Assembly: GCA_050950765.1 (NCBI GenBank)
Contig: JBMNIF010000002.1
Span: 640,001 to 704,000 of the forward strand
Length of the DNA: 64,000 nt
Reading direction: 5' to 3'
From: Bdellovibrionota bacterium
GTDB taxonomy: Bacteria > Bdellovibrionota_C > UBA2361 > JAAYZI01
A program made the position numbers and the translations under genes. Below the pieces are notes generated by a model that worked only from the letters and a program-made list of their open reading frames with translations, searched no databases and had not been told where the DNA came from. This document shows, in pieces, positions 39,740 through 50,133 of this stretch. Numbering within the stretch: position 1 is the first letter of the stretch; each line of letters starts with the position of its first letter.

Positions 39740-41626
39740 GTGAACAAAATGAACAGGGAAGAGTTCAATCATCCAGTAAGTGCTAATAATCTTGATTCAA
39801 AAAAAGAAGATATCGAAAACATAAATAACAATCTTCAAGGAGAGAAAAAGAGGAGGATTGCAAAAGTATCAGCGCATCTGATTATCTTGCTAATGGTATT
39901 AGCTGCGGCGTTATTAGTAACTTCATGTAGCGATAAGGCAAATAATTGCCCATTAAAGAAAGAGGAAGTTAGACTTGATGAGATAAAGCTTAGCTCTGAA
40001 GAATTAAATGCCTGCATCGCTCTGGCAGAGAAGGGAAATGTAGTTGTTCAATTAAATTTAGGTAATGTATATCTGCGAGGGCACGGAGTTCCAAAAGATT
40101 TTGTAGAGGCGATTAAATGGTACAAAAAAGCAGCAGATCAAGGAGATGCTAACGCTCAATTTAATTTAGGCGTTATATATAGTGACGGGAAGGTGGTTTC
40201 TCAAGATCTTGCAGAGGGGCTTAAGTGGCTTAGAAAAGCAGCTGACCAAGGATATGCTTTTGCTCAAAATAATTTGGGCTATATGTATGAAAATGGATAT
40301 GGAGTTTCTCAAGATTATAAAGAAGCAGTTAAGTGGTATAAAAAGGCAGCGGATCAAGGATGCGCTCCCGCACAGTTCGGTTTAGGCAATATGTATGGTG
40401 AAGGAAGGGGAGTTCCTCAAGATTATAAAAAAGCAGTTAAGTGGTATAAAAAGGCAGCGGATCAAGGAGATGCTCTTGCTCAAAACATTTTAGGCATTAT
40501 GTATGCTGAAGGACACGGAGTTCCTCAAGATTATAAAGAAGCAATTAAGTGGTATATAAAGGCAGCGGATCAAGGATTTGCTTTAGCTCAAAACGCATTA
40601 GCTAATATCTATTTTTTAGGGCAAGGAGTCCCTCAAGATTATAAAGAGGCGCTTAAGTGGCTTAGGAAAGCAGCTGAACAAGGTGAGGGAGAGGCTCAAA
40701 ATAATTTAGGCTTTATGTATAAAAATGGGCATGGAGTTCCTCGTGATTATAAAGAAGCAGAGAAATGGTTTCGTAAAGCGGTTGAACAAGGGAATGTTGC
40801 CGCACAATCCAATCTAGGTGTTATGTATCTAGAAGGGGAGGGAGTTTCTCAAGATTATAAAGAAGCAGCTAAATGGTTTCGTAAAGCGGCTGATCAAGGA
40901 CATATTCCCGCACAACTTCTTTTAGGCAATATGTATCGGCAAGGGATAGGAGCTCCCCAAGATTATAAAGAGGCAGCTAAATGGTTTCATAAGGCAGCTG
41001 AACAGGGAGATGCTGCTTCTCAAAGTAATTTAGGTCTTATGTATCTAGAAGGGATGGGAGTTCCGCAAGATTTTGTAGAAGCAGCTAAATGGAATAGGAA
41101 AGCAGCAGAACAAGGAGCAGATATAGCTCAACATAATTTAGGGGTTGCATATTATAATGGAAATGGTGTTCCTCAAGATTATAAAGAGGCTGTTAAGTGG
41201 TATAGAAAAGCAGCAGAACAAGGATATCCTCTTGCTCAAAATAGTTTGGGCGATATGTATGAAAATGGGCGCGGTGTTAAACAAGATTACAAAGAAGCAG
41301 AGAAATGGTTTCGTAAAGCGGCTGAACAGGGAAACGTTAATGCTCAATTTAATTTAGGTAATATGTATATATCTGGACAAGGCGTTGCAAAAGATTATAA
41401 AGAAGCATTTAAGTGGTTTAAAAAAGCAGCGGAACAAGGAGACCCTCAAAGTGCTTTAAATGTCGGTATAATGTATTTTCAAGGTGATGGTGTAAAGGTA
41501 GATCATAAAGAATCTTTTAAATGGCTTCAATTGGCTAAAAAGCAGAAGAAAGATTCAGGTGTTATGGTAAAAGCGATATATTTTCAGATAAAACACGGAG
41601 ATGTGTTTGATAAATTTAATGAATAG
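39740..41626 (+). CDS. Sel1-repeat (SLR) protein, probable lipoprotein or membrane anchor; start uncertain
   Basis: 14 tandem 36-aa repeats AQ..LG.MY..G.GV.QDY.EA.KW..KAA.QG; hydrophobic segment ending LVTSC. Confidence 0.95.
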   Translation: MNKMNREEFNHPVSANNLDSKKEDIENINNNLQGEKKRRIAKVSAHLIILLMVLAAALLVTSCSDKANNCPLKKEEVRLDEIKLSSEELNACIALAEKGNVVVQLNLGNVYLRGHGVPKDFVEAIKWYKKAADQGDANAQFNLGVIYSDGKVVSQDLAEGLKWLRKAADQGYAFAQNNLGYMYENGYGVSQDYKEAVKWYKKAADQGCAPAQFGLGNMYGEGRGVPQDYKKAVKWYKKAADQGDALAQNILGIMYAEGHGVPQDYKEAIKWYIKAADQGFALAQNALANIYFLGQGVPQDYKEALKWLRKAAEQGEGEAQNNLGFMYKNGHGVPRDYKEAEKWFRKAVEQGNVAAQSNLGVMYLEGEGVSQDYKEAAKWFRKAADQGHIPAQLLLGNMYRQGIGAPQDYKEAAKWFHKAAEQGDAASQSNLGLMYLEGMGVPQDFVEAAKWNRKAAEQGADIAQHNLGVAYYNGNGVPQDYKEAVKWYRKAAEQGYPLAQNSLGDMYENGRGVKQDYKEAEKWFRKAAEQGNVNAQFNLGNMYISGQGVAKDYKEAFKWFKKAAEQGDPQSALNVGIMYFQGDGVKVDHKESFKWLQLAKKQKKDSGVMVKAIYFQIKHGDVFDKFNE

Positions 41627-41636
41627 CGGGGGTGTA

Positions 41637-41728
41637 GAGGGTGTAATAATTTTTGTGTAAAACTAAAAGTTCACTCCCTCTACATACCCTCTTAAAATAG
41701 TAAAATACACAAAATTATTTACACAACC
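41637..41728. mobile_element. 92-bp IS256-family-like mini-element (TIRs only)
   Basis: GAGGGTGTAATAATTTTTGTGTA ... TACACAAAATTATTTACACAACC imperfect 23-bp inverted repeats resembling IS256-type ends; no TSD seen. Confidence 0.6.
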
Positions 41729-41753
41729 AATTTGTGTCTACAAAGCTTTAAAA

Positions 41754-42001
41754 CCCAAACTTTTCTGTAATTTACGTAACTATAAAATAGCAATATTGTT
41801 ATAGCCGATAGAAGTCTTTTAAAAATTAGCGCTAAAAAAGGGGGGACTTTTTTGCTGCTTCGGCATACATATTTAGATATGGAAAAGAAAATAAAAATCC
41901 CCCTGATTGGGCAAGAAAATATCGAGAGAAAAGAAAGGAGTTACGTCTTATCAATGGAAGATATTACCCCTTAACATACGTAAGGGGAGGAGGGGTTTGG
42001 G
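41754..42001 (-). mobile_element. MITE-like element, copy B (248 bp)
   Basis: Inverted copy of 17674-17919; TIR CCCAAAC/GTTTGGG; flanked by TTAAAA at 41748-41753 and 42002-42007. Confidence 0.8.
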
Positions 42002-42009
42002 TTAAAACC

Positions 42010-42507
42010 TTACTTCTCTAAGATCCAAGCCTTACGCCAAGCACCTTTAAAGCGTTCTTGTAAGGTGTCCTCTAAGGCACGCATCTTTTTCCCCTCTTCT
42101 TTCGGTACATCTACATGATCATAACCGAGAAGGTGCAACATTCCGTGCATCAAAAGACGTAAAACCTCCTGCTCTGGAGTTACTTTAAATTTAACGGCTT
42201 GATTTAACGCCGTATCAAGAGAGATCACAATATCTCCCAAAGATCCCCCTTCAAAATCTAAACCATCTTCGCCTTCAAGTTGAGAAAACGATAAAACATC
42301 TGTCGGTTTGTTTTTATTACGATAGATCTTGTTAAGCCTTCTTATCTCTCTATCGTCAGTAAACACTACTCCGACCTCATTAGCTCGTTTAGAAATACCT
42401 TCCGATGAAAGGGAGGTTAAACCGTCTCTTAATAAACGTACGACAACCTCTTTACGCACCACTAGAGTAGGGTGTTGATTCTGAACTTCGACCTTCCACT
42501 GTTTCAT
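42010..42507 (-). CDS. ybeY: rRNA maturation endoribonuclease YbeY
   Basis: LNKIYRNKNKPTDVLSF, LGDIVIS, HGMLHLLGYDH. Confidence 0.97.
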   Translation of the reverse strand: MKQWKVEVQNQHPTLVVRKEVVVRLLRDGLTSLSSEGISKRANEVGVVFTDDREIRRLNKIYRNKNKPTDVLSFSQLEGEDGLDFEGGSLGDIVISLDTALNQAVKFKVTPEQEVLRLLMHGMLHLLGYDHVDVPKEEGKKMRALEDTLQERFKGAWRKAWILEK

Positions 42508-42537
42508 TTTTATAAGTTATCCTTATGAGTGGGTTGT

Positions 42538-44115
42538 TTATATACCGAGCCGCTTTAAATCTTCCTGCGGCTTCTGTTTCTCTGCCTTTTCTTCATTTTT
42601 AGCGGGGGGCTCGTCTGTAACGTCTGTGGCTTTTGCTGCCTGTTTCTCTGCTGTCTTTTCTGCCGGTTCAGCATAGGCTATGCGCTGATGATAGATGCCG
42701 TTTAAAACTCGATTAAATGTCTTTGCTATAAAGTGTAAGTCTTTTAAGGTTAATTCACACTCATTTAATTCGCCACTTGCAAAAACTTTATTGATCATCT
42801 TTTGAACCATACCTTGAATGCGGTCAGGGGTAGGATCGGAGATAGTTCTTGAAGCAGCTTCTACACCATCAGCTAACATTAAAATTGCAGCTTCTCTACT
42901 TTGTGGCTTAGGACCAGGATAGGCATAAAGGCTGCGATCTACGGTTGTCTCTGTACCTGTCTCCGCTGTTTCTTTTGTGGCCTTATCGTAAAAATATTCA
43001 ATGAGTGAGGTGCCGTGATGTTGAGCAATAATATCGATAACCGGTTCTGGTAGCTTGTATTTTCTGGCTAAATCGATGCCGTCTTTAACGTGAGACCTGA
43101 TAATTAGAGCTGACATGGAGGTGCTTAATTTATCGTGCCGATTTTCTCCGCCACTTTGATTCTCCACAAAATAGAGCGGTTTCTTTGATTTGCCAACGTC
43201 ATGAAAATAAGCACCGACTCGAGCTAAAACAGAGTTGGCACCGATGGCATCCGCTGCAGCTTCTACCATCATACCGATCACCATAGAGTGATTCCATGTG
43301 CCTGGTGCTGAAAGACTTAATTCCTTTAAAATAGGGTGGTCCAGTGTCGCCATCTCTATTAGACGCATATCCGTAACATAACCACAGAGGTGCTCAACAA
43401 CAGGTGTAATCCCCGTAGCTAAAAAACTACACGCCACACCACCAATTAAAGCAACTAAAAAGGCTATTGATATATGTGCAAAATCAAGGGTGTTGCTTGT
43501 TATTAAAGATGCTATTGCAAAGGGGAAGGAAAAGAGCGCTACATATAAACCTGCTTTGACATAATCTCCACGTGATCTAAAACGACGTAAACTAAGAGAG
43601 GCGGCAAGGTTTGTAATTAAAACAAACGGTATGAAAACTTTGGCATCCGGAAAATAAAATCCTGCAATGATCGATAAGTTTAAAGCAAAGACTAGCGCAT
43701 GACTCATCCCTAAAACTGCTTGGATCAGTAAGCCTCCCATCGCAAACGGAATTAGAAAGAAGAGGATATTTTCACTTAAAACACCACCGAATTCTAAGTT
43801 GTGTAACTGCGTAATGACAGCACCGATAATAAAGCGGGTGATGGCAACAATTCCGATTAAGATAGCAAGTGCACTATGAATAAAGAGGAGATCTTTTAAG
43901 CGTCTGCCATAACTACGGATACTTAAGGTTGCGAAAAAATGGATCGTAAAAAGAGAGATAAATAAGATTAAAACTCGTGCAATAGAGTTTGTTAAAACTA
44001 CTTCAGGTAAAAACTTTCTAAAAGCTAACTCTGCTATAATAGAGCTAAGTAAGCAGACGGTTACGCCATGCCACAATTTTAACGGTTGTTTCCCTATTGT
44101 TATAGTATTTTCCAT
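42538..44115 (-). CDS. 7TM-HD (HDIG) phosphohydrolase, PgpH/YqfF-like
   Basis: TM region followed by APGTWNHS, AYFHDVGK, YFVENQ, HHGT, YPGPKPQ, MLAD. Confidence 0.92.
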   Translation of the reverse strand: MENTITIGKQPLKLWHGVTVCLLSSIIAELAFRKFLPEVVLTNSIARVLILFISLFTIHFFATLSIRSYGRRLKDLLFIHSALAILIGIVAITRFIIGAVITQLHNLEFGGVLSENILFFLIPFAMGGLLIQAVLGMSHALVFALNLSIIAGFYFPDAKVFIPFVLITNLAASLSLRRFRSRGDYVKAGLYVALFSFPFAIASLITSNTLDFAHISIAFLVALIGGVACSFLATGITPVVEHLCGYVTDMRLIEMATLDHPILKELSLSAPGTWNHSMVIGMMVEAAADAIGANSVLARVGAYFHDVGKSKKPLYFVENQSGGENRHDKLSTSMSALIIRSHVKDGIDLARKYKLPEPVIDIIAQHHGTSLIEYFYDKATKETAETGTETTVDRSLYAYPGPKPQSREAAILMLADGVEAASRTISDPTPDRIQGMVQKMINKVFASGELNECELTLKDLHFIAKTFNRVLNGIYHQRIAYAEPAEKTAEKQAAKATDVTDEPPAKNEEKAEKQKPQEDLKRLGI

Positions 44116-44127
44116 AATCTTATCGCC

Positions 44128-45120
44128 TTAGTTATCAAACTTTTGATATGCATTGATAATACGAGCCACCAGAGGGTGCCTAATTACATCTTGATCGGAG
44201 AAATAGATCATGCTGATACCTTCAACTCCTGCAAGGATGTTTTCTGCATGAATCAAACCTGACTGTACTCCATTAGGCAGGTCTATCTGTGTAATGTCTC
44301 CTGTCACAACACATTTAGATCCGAAACCTAAACGCGTTAAAAACATCTTCATCTGCCCTTTGGTGGCGTTCTGTCCTTCATCCAGAATTACAAAAGCGTT
44401 CGATAAAGTTCGTCCGCGCATAAACGCTAATGGCGCAACCTCGATCGCTTTACACTCCAGTAGCTCCTCCGCTTTTTCAAAATCAACCATATCATAAAGC
44501 GCATCATAGAGGGGTCTTAAATACGGATTAACTTTATCCGCCATATCACCAGGTAAAAAACCTAACTTTTCACCAGCTTCGACGGCAGGACGACATAAGA
44601 TCAGTTTCTTAACATCCTTTCTCAGTAGCGCCGCCAATCCCATCGCCATCGCCAGATAAGTTTTACCTGTACCAGCAGGACCAATTCCAAAAACTACATC
44701 AGAAGATCTTATAGCATCGATGTAGTGTTTTTGGCACACCGTTTTCGGGGCTATCATGTGTTTGCGTCCACCAACTTTGATATGATCTCGAAAGATATCA
44801 GATAACTTTAAGTTTCTGTTGTCAGATAACATCTTAATGGAGCGTTCAATGTCACCACTAAAAATCTGTTCTCCACGTTGAATAATCTCACTTAACTGTC
44901 GAAGTAGATCAGCTGCTAGTTCTACATCAGCATCAAGCCCTGCAATAGAAAGACCTTTTTCGTGTCTTTTTATCTGTACATCCAAGCGTTTTTCAATTAG
45001 ATGCACATTAACATCATGCTCTCCCATCAAAGTTTGCAGTGTGTTCCCTGTCGTAAACGGTAACACCAACTGTGTAGGTTTGCATTTTGGAGAATTTTTT
45101 ACGCCATTTGTTTTCGCCAT
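44128..45120 (-). CDS. phoH: PhoH-family ATPase
   Basis: GPAGTGKTYLA, RPAVEAGEKLGFLPG, APLAFMRGRTL, GDITQIDL. Confidence 0.95.
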   Translation of the reverse strand: MAKTNGVKNSPKCKPTQLVLPFTTGNTLQTLMGEHDVNVHLIEKRLDVQIKRHEKGLSIAGLDADVELAADLLRQLSEIIQRGEQIFSGDIERSIKMLSDNRNLKLSDIFRDHIKVGGRKHMIAPKTVCQKHYIDAIRSSDVVFGIGPAGTGKTYLAMAMGLAALLRKDVKKLILCRPAVEAGEKLGFLPGDMADKVNPYLRPLYDALYDMVDFEKAEELLECKAIEVAPLAFMRGRTLSNAFVILDEGQNATKGQMKMFLTRLGFGSKCVVTGDITQIDLPNGVQSGLIHAENILAGVEGISMIYFSDQDVIRHPLVARIINAYQKFDN

Positions 45121-45131
45121 ATGTTACTAAT

Positions 45132-47783
45132 CTACGCTATAAGGTGAAAAACTTTATCTAATGCTTTTTGAATCTGATCTGGAGCAAGTCCACCTGCTTG
45201 AGCAAAATCAGCACGACCTCCTCCCTTACCACCACTTACCTTTGCAGCTTCTTTAACAAGAGTTCCAGCAGAGACCCGTTCGGTCAGATCTGGTGTAACT
45301 CCGACAACTAAGACGGCGGCACCGTTCTGTTCAGCTGCTAATGCCACTACACCTGAAACTATCTTTAAACGTAAACGATCTACCATCGTTCTGAGTGTCG
45401 TTACATCAGGTGCCTCAACTATTGCTGTTAAAACTTTCACACCTGAGGCGGAGCTTTTTACTTGACTTTCAAGGTCTCCCACTACACTGCCAGCAAGTTT
45501 ACTCTTTAATAATTCAATCTCTCTCTCAAGATCCTTAGTCTGATTAAGTATGCTATCAATTTTTGTGACGAGTTGATCAGGTTCTGTTTTTAATTTTTCA
45601 ACAAGGGCATCTCTTACAGAACGTTCTGATAACACCTCTTCAAGCGCAGCTGCTCCCGCTAAACACTCTATACGACGCACTCCAGCAGAGATACCACCAT
45701 CGCTTGCAATTATAATTAGACCGATGTCACCTGTCTGTTTAACATGTGTACCTCCACAAAGCTCTTTTGAATAGCCGTCCATACTAACAACACGTACTTC
45801 AGAGCCGTATTTTTCCCCGAAAAATGCGATAGCCCCACTTTTTTGAGCATCAGCTAAACTCATAATGTCGGTACTAACTGTAACGTTTTTTCTAATCTGA
45901 GCATTAACAATCTCCTGCACCTCTTTTAATTGTGCTGCCGTTGGTTGTTCAAAGTGAGAATAGTCAAAGCGCAAAGTCTTTTCAGAAACTTTTGATCCTG
46001 ATTGCTTAACGTGATCACCTAAGACCTTCCTTAAGGCTGCGTGTAAAAGGTGCGTGGCAGAGTGGTGCGCTGCAATGCGAGCGCGTCTCTCCGTATCAAT
46101 TTTTAAAGATGCTATACTTCCAACATCTTTAGCAGAAACTTCACCACTTACTACTTCACAGATATGTAGGTGGTGTACCTCTTGCACCTTCTGGGTATCG
46201 AGAACTCGTAAAGTTGTGTCACCAAAAACGATAGTGCCACTATCACCGATCTGTCCGCCGCATTCAGCATAAAATGGAGTCTTATCAAAAAGCAAAGAGA
46301 CACGATCTCCTGCTTTTGCAAGGTCTGCACCTGCATTCAAAATAACTTGCGTTATCTTAGAGGTGCTTTCAGAAACTTCATATCCGCAAAATTGGCTAGG
46401 GGCGGCTGTTACGTTTATCGTTTGAAAGACGATGTCTTGAGCTTTTCGATCTTCCCTTGAACGTGCTTTCTGTTCAGCCATAGCTTTTTCAAAGGCAGGG
46501 AGATCAACGCGTTTGGAATAGGCTTTTAAAACATCTTCTGTTAAGTCCAGCGGGAATCCGAAGGTGTCGTGTAGTAAGAAAGCTGTTTTGCCAGAGAAGA
46601 GTTCATCTTCGTGCAACTTCTCTACCTCTTTTTGTAGTAAGTTTAGACCGGATTCTAATGTTTCCTGAAATTTCCTCTCTTCTGCTTGTACTAAACGAAA
46701 GATAAGCTCTCTCTGTTCATTTAATTCCGGAAAGTGTCCACCCATAGTTTTAACAACAGTGGCAGTTGTTTCTATTAAAAACGGTTCTTTAAATCCGAGT
46801 ACCCTACCGTGACGAACGGCACGACGAATTAGTCTCCTTAAAACATATCCACGTCCATCAGCGGCAGGTTGCACACCGTCGGCGATCAGAAAGGCGATAG
46901 CTCTGGAGTGATCGGCAATGACGCGCATCGCCACATCGCGAGCGTAAGGGATATCTGTTTTTAAATCGCGCTCAAGATAGGAAGAGCCATCGTATTTATA
47001 ACCTGAAAGCTCTTCACAACGGGTGATAATATCACGTAAGAGGTCGCAATCATAATTAGCTTTTACGCCTTGCATAATAGCAGCAACACGCTCCAGCCCC
47101 ATGCCGGTATCCACTGAAGGGCGTGGTAAGGGGGGCATCGTTCCATCTGCCGATCTATTAAACTGCATAAAAACTAAGTTCCAGATCTCAAGAAAAGATC
47201 CGTCATCTCGTTTTAAATCATCCTCAGTCTGCGCTTGCGGGTTATCTCCAAGATAGTAATGAATTTCTGAACACGGTCCACACGGTCCTGTATCTCCCAT
47301 AGCCCAGAAGTTATCCTTTTCTCCTAGTCTGACGATACGTTCTTTCTGAATTCCCGTTAGATCGTGCCATAAAGTTGCTGCTTCATCGTCTTGTTCAAAG
47401 ACTGTTACCCAAAGCCGCTCCTTATCCAGTTTTAAAACTTCTGTAATAAACTCCCAAGCAAAAGGGATAACCTCTTTTTTAAAGTAATCTCCGAAAGAAA
47501 AGTTTCCCAACATTTCAAAAAAAGTGTGGTGTCGTGCAGTAACTCCAACGTTCTCAAGGTCATTGTGTTTTCCTGAAATGCGTAAGCATTTTTGTGCCGT
47601 TGTAGCTCGAGTGTAATCACGTTTTTCTGCACCGAGGAAGAGATCCTTAAATTGATTCATCCCAGCATTACTGAAGAGCAAAGTCGGATCGTTGTGTGGT
47701 ACCAAAGAAGAGCTGGCGACGATACGATGCCCCTTTGATTCAAAAAACTTTAAAAACGCTTCTCTAATCTCTGCACCTTTCAT
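45132..47783 (-). CDS. alaS: alanine--tRNA ligase
   Basis: NAGMNQFK, RHHTFFEMLGNFSFGDYFK, EIWNLVFMQ, HSATHLLH, ELCGGTH, GGKGGG. Confidence 0.98.
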   Translation of the reverse strand: MKGAEIREAFLKFFESKGHRIVASSSLVPHNDPTLLFSNAGMNQFKDLFLGAEKRDYTRATTAQKCLRISGKHNDLENVGVTARHHTFFEMLGNFSFGDYFKKEVIPFAWEFITEVLKLDKERLWVTVFEQDDEAATLWHDLTGIQKERIVRLGEKDNFWAMGDTGPCGPCSEIHYYLGDNPQAQTEDDLKRDDGSFLEIWNLVFMQFNRSADGTMPPLPRPSVDTGMGLERVAAIMQGVKANYDCDLLRDIITRCEELSGYKYDGSSYLERDLKTDIPYARDVAMRVIADHSRAIAFLIADGVQPAADGRGYVLRRLIRRAVRHGRVLGFKEPFLIETTATVVKTMGGHFPELNEQRELIFRLVQAEERKFQETLESGLNLLQKEVEKLHEDELFSGKTAFLLHDTFGFPLDLTEDVLKAYSKRVDLPAFEKAMAEQKARSREDRKAQDIVFQTINVTAAPSQFCGYEVSESTSKITQVILNAGADLAKAGDRVSLLFDKTPFYAECGGQIGDSGTIVFGDTTLRVLDTQKVQEVHHLHICEVVSGEVSAKDVGSIASLKIDTERRARIAAHHSATHLLHAALRKVLGDHVKQSGSKVSEKTLRFDYSHFEQPTAAQLKEVQEIVNAQIRKNVTVSTDIMSLADAQKSGAIAFFGEKYGSEVRVVSMDGYSKELCGGTHVKQTGDIGLIIIASDGGISAGVRRIECLAGAAALEEVLSERSVRDALVEKLKTEPDQLVTKIDSILNQTKDLEREIELLKSKLAGSVVGDLESQVKSSASGVKVLTAIVEAPDVTTLRTMVDRLRLKIVSGVVALAAEQNGAAVLVVGVTPDLTERVSAGTLVKEAAKVSGGKGGGRADFAQAGGLAPDQIQKALDKVFHLIA

Positions 47784-48028
47784 TAACAAATCTCCATAAG
47801 TTACGGCTTTTGATAGTCTCTAATGTATAATCATTTTCTCTTTTTAGAGAGGTGGTTTTGTAATCATTTATTTTAGTACGCTAACTTAGCGCGATTTAAA
47901 ATAAATGTCGATTTTATAAGCGTTGCTCAAGATAAAATTTTAAAAAACTGCTTTTAAAAGTTTAAAAAATAATAAATTAAGCCGATTTTTTTAAGATAAT
48001 TTAAATAAAATTAAGTATATTTAAGGCA

Positions 48029-48064
48029 TTAAAAAGGGGAAGCTGAAAAGCCTCCCCTTTTTAA
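48029..48064 (-). terminator. groESL terminator
   Basis: TTAAAAAGGGGA...TCCCCTTTTTAA inverted repeat. Confidence 0.75.
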
Positions 48065-48123
48065 GTTTTTCTATGAGTGTGGGTAACACAACTGCATAAA
48101 AGTCATAGTGTTTATGACCTCTA

Positions 48124-49782
48124 TTACATCATGCCGCCCATACCGCCCATGCCACCCATACCGCCCATGCCACCCATACCAGCAGCGGCGTTAGCGTTAC
48201 AATTATCAGCCGGTTTATCAGCGATAAGAGCTTCTGTGGTCAACATCAATCCTGCAATGGAGGCTGCATTCTCAAGCGCTGTACGAACAACCTTAGTCGG
48301 ATCGATAATTCCAGCCTTAATCATATCTTCATAGGTATCCGTTGCAGCGTTGTAACCGAAAGCTCCCTTCTCACTACGAACTTTGTTAACAACAACGGCA
48401 GGCTCTGCACCGGCATTCTCTGAGATTGTGCGAATTGGAGCCTCCAAAGCGTCACGAATGATAGAAACACCGAATCTCTGTGCTTCATTATCAACTTTAA
48501 GAGCTTCAAGGGTTTCAATGGCACGTAAGAGAGCAACACCACCACCTGGAACAATGCCTTCTTCAACGGCAGCACGAGTTGCATTAAGAGCATCTTCAAC
48601 ACGTCCTTTTTTCTCTTTCATTTCAATCTCTGTGGCAGCACCGACCTTAATTACTGCAACACCGCCAACCAACTTAGCCAAACGCTCATGCAGCTTCTCC
48701 TTGTCATAGTCTGAGGTTGAAGCTTCAATCTCAGCACGGATTCTAGCTACACGACCTTTAATGTCATCAGCAGATCCAGCACCATCAATGATAGTAGTAT
48801 CATCCTTTGTAACAACGATACGTTTAGCCTCTCCGAGGTCTGCTAAGGTGATGTTTTCCAACTTCACACCGAGATCTTCAGAGATACATTTTCCACCGGT
48901 CAAGGTAGCGATATCTTCAAGCATCGCCTTTCTACGATCTCCAAAGCCAGGGGCTTTTACGGCGCAAACGTTTAAGGTACCACGAATCTTATTAACAACT
49001 AAGGTTGCTAAGGCTTCGCCATCAACATCTTCAGCGATGATTAATAGTGGACGACCCTGTTTTGCAACTTGCTCGAGAACTGGAAGAAGGTCTTTCATAC
49101 TTGAGATCTTCTTTTCGTGAAGGAGGATTAAAGCACCTTCAAGTTCTGTCTCCATTCTCTCTGGATTCGTTACAAAATAAGGAGAGAGGTAACCACGATC
49201 GAACTGCATACCTTCAACAACATCGAGTGTTGTATCGAGACCTTTTGCATCTTCGACGGTAATAACGCCCTCTTTTCCAACTTTCTCCATCGCTTCTGCA
49301 ATAATTTTACCGATCTCTTGATCGTTGTTGGCAGAGATAGTGCCGACTTTAGCGATATCATCTTTACCGGCAGATGGTTTGCTGAGTTTGCGTAGTGATT
49401 CAGTTACTGCCACAACAGCCTTATCAATGCCGCGTTTAAGAGTCATCGGATCGTGACCTGCTGCTACAAGCTTTAAGCCTTCACAGTAAATAGCATCTGC
49501 TAAAACTGTGGCAGTGGTTGTGCCGTCACCGGCGACATCTGAGGTTTTGGAGGCAACCTCTTTCACCATTTGAGCACCCATATTTTCGAACTTGTTTTCA
49601 AGATCGACTTCTTTAGCAACTGTTACACCATCTTTTGTAATTGTCGGAGCGCCGAAGCTTTTTTCAATAACAACATTTCTTCCGCGTGGTCCCATCGTCA
49701 CTTTTACGGCCTTAGCGAGAGTGTGTACACCCTTAAGGATCTCTCCTCTTGCCTCGAGTCCAAAACTTAACTGTTTAGCCAT
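48124..49782 (-). CDS. groL: chaperonin GroEL
   Basis: [37 protein letters not shown] tail. Confidence 0.99.
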   Translation of the reverse strand: MAKQLSFGLEARGEILKGVHTLAKAVKVTMGPRGRNVVIEKSFGAPTITKDGVTVAKEVDLENKFENMGAQMVKEVASKTSDVAGDGTTTATVLADAIYCEGLKLVAAGHDPMTLKRGIDKAVVAVTESLRKLSKPSAGKDDIAKVGTISANNDQEIGKIIAEAMEKVGKEGVITVEDAKGLDTTLDVVEGMQFDRGYLSPYFVTNPERMETELEGALILLHEKKISSMKDLLPVLEQVAKQGRPLLIIAEDVDGEALATLVVNKIRGTLNVCAVKAPGFGDRRKAMLEDIATLTGGKCISEDLGVKLENITLADLGEAKRIVVTKDDTTIIDGAGSADDIKGRVARIRAEIEASTSDYDKEKLHERLAKLVGGVAVIKVGAATEIEMKEKKGRVEDALNATRAAVEEGIVPGGGVALLRAIETLEALKVDNEAQRFGVSIIRDALEAPIRTISENAGAEPAVVVNKVRSEKGAFGYNAATDTYEDMIKAGIIDPTKVVRTALENAASIAGLMLTTEALIADKPADNCNANAAAGMGGMGGMGGMGGMGGMM

Positions 49783-49830
49783 GATAATTTTCCTTTTTAT
49801 ATTTTTACACTTAATTAGATATTAGATTAT

Positions 49831-50133
49831 TTATTTCTCAAGAACACCGTAGACATCATCTTCTTTCATGATGAGGTACTCCTCACCATCGACTTTGATC
49901 TCTTGACCGGAATATTTCCCGAAAATTATGATATCACCAACCTTCACATCCATCGGTCTGATGTTCCCATCTTCTTTGACTTTACCTTTTCCGGCGGCGA
50001 TAACTTTTCCTTGCTGTGGCTTTTCCTGCGCTGTGTCGGGGATGTATAAGCCGGATGCGGTTTTCTCTGTATTATCTAATCGTTTTACTATCAGACGATC
50101 TTGTAATGGTCTGATTTTGCATTCGCTACTCAT
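49831..50133 (-). CDS. groS: co-chaperonin GroES
   Basis: [40 protein letters not shown] before the ATG at 50133. Confidence 0.98.
   Translation of the reverse strand: MSSECKIRPLQDRLIVKRLDNTEKTASGLYIPDTAQEKPQQGKVIAAGKGKVKEDGNIRPMDVKVGDIIIFGKYSGQEIKVDGEEYLIMKEDDVYGVLEK

Noticed and set aside
48129..48180. 9/18-bp tandem repeat and antisense Pro-rich ORF 48077-48334
   Set aside because: Ordinary GroEL GGM tail; the ORF is its antisense shadow
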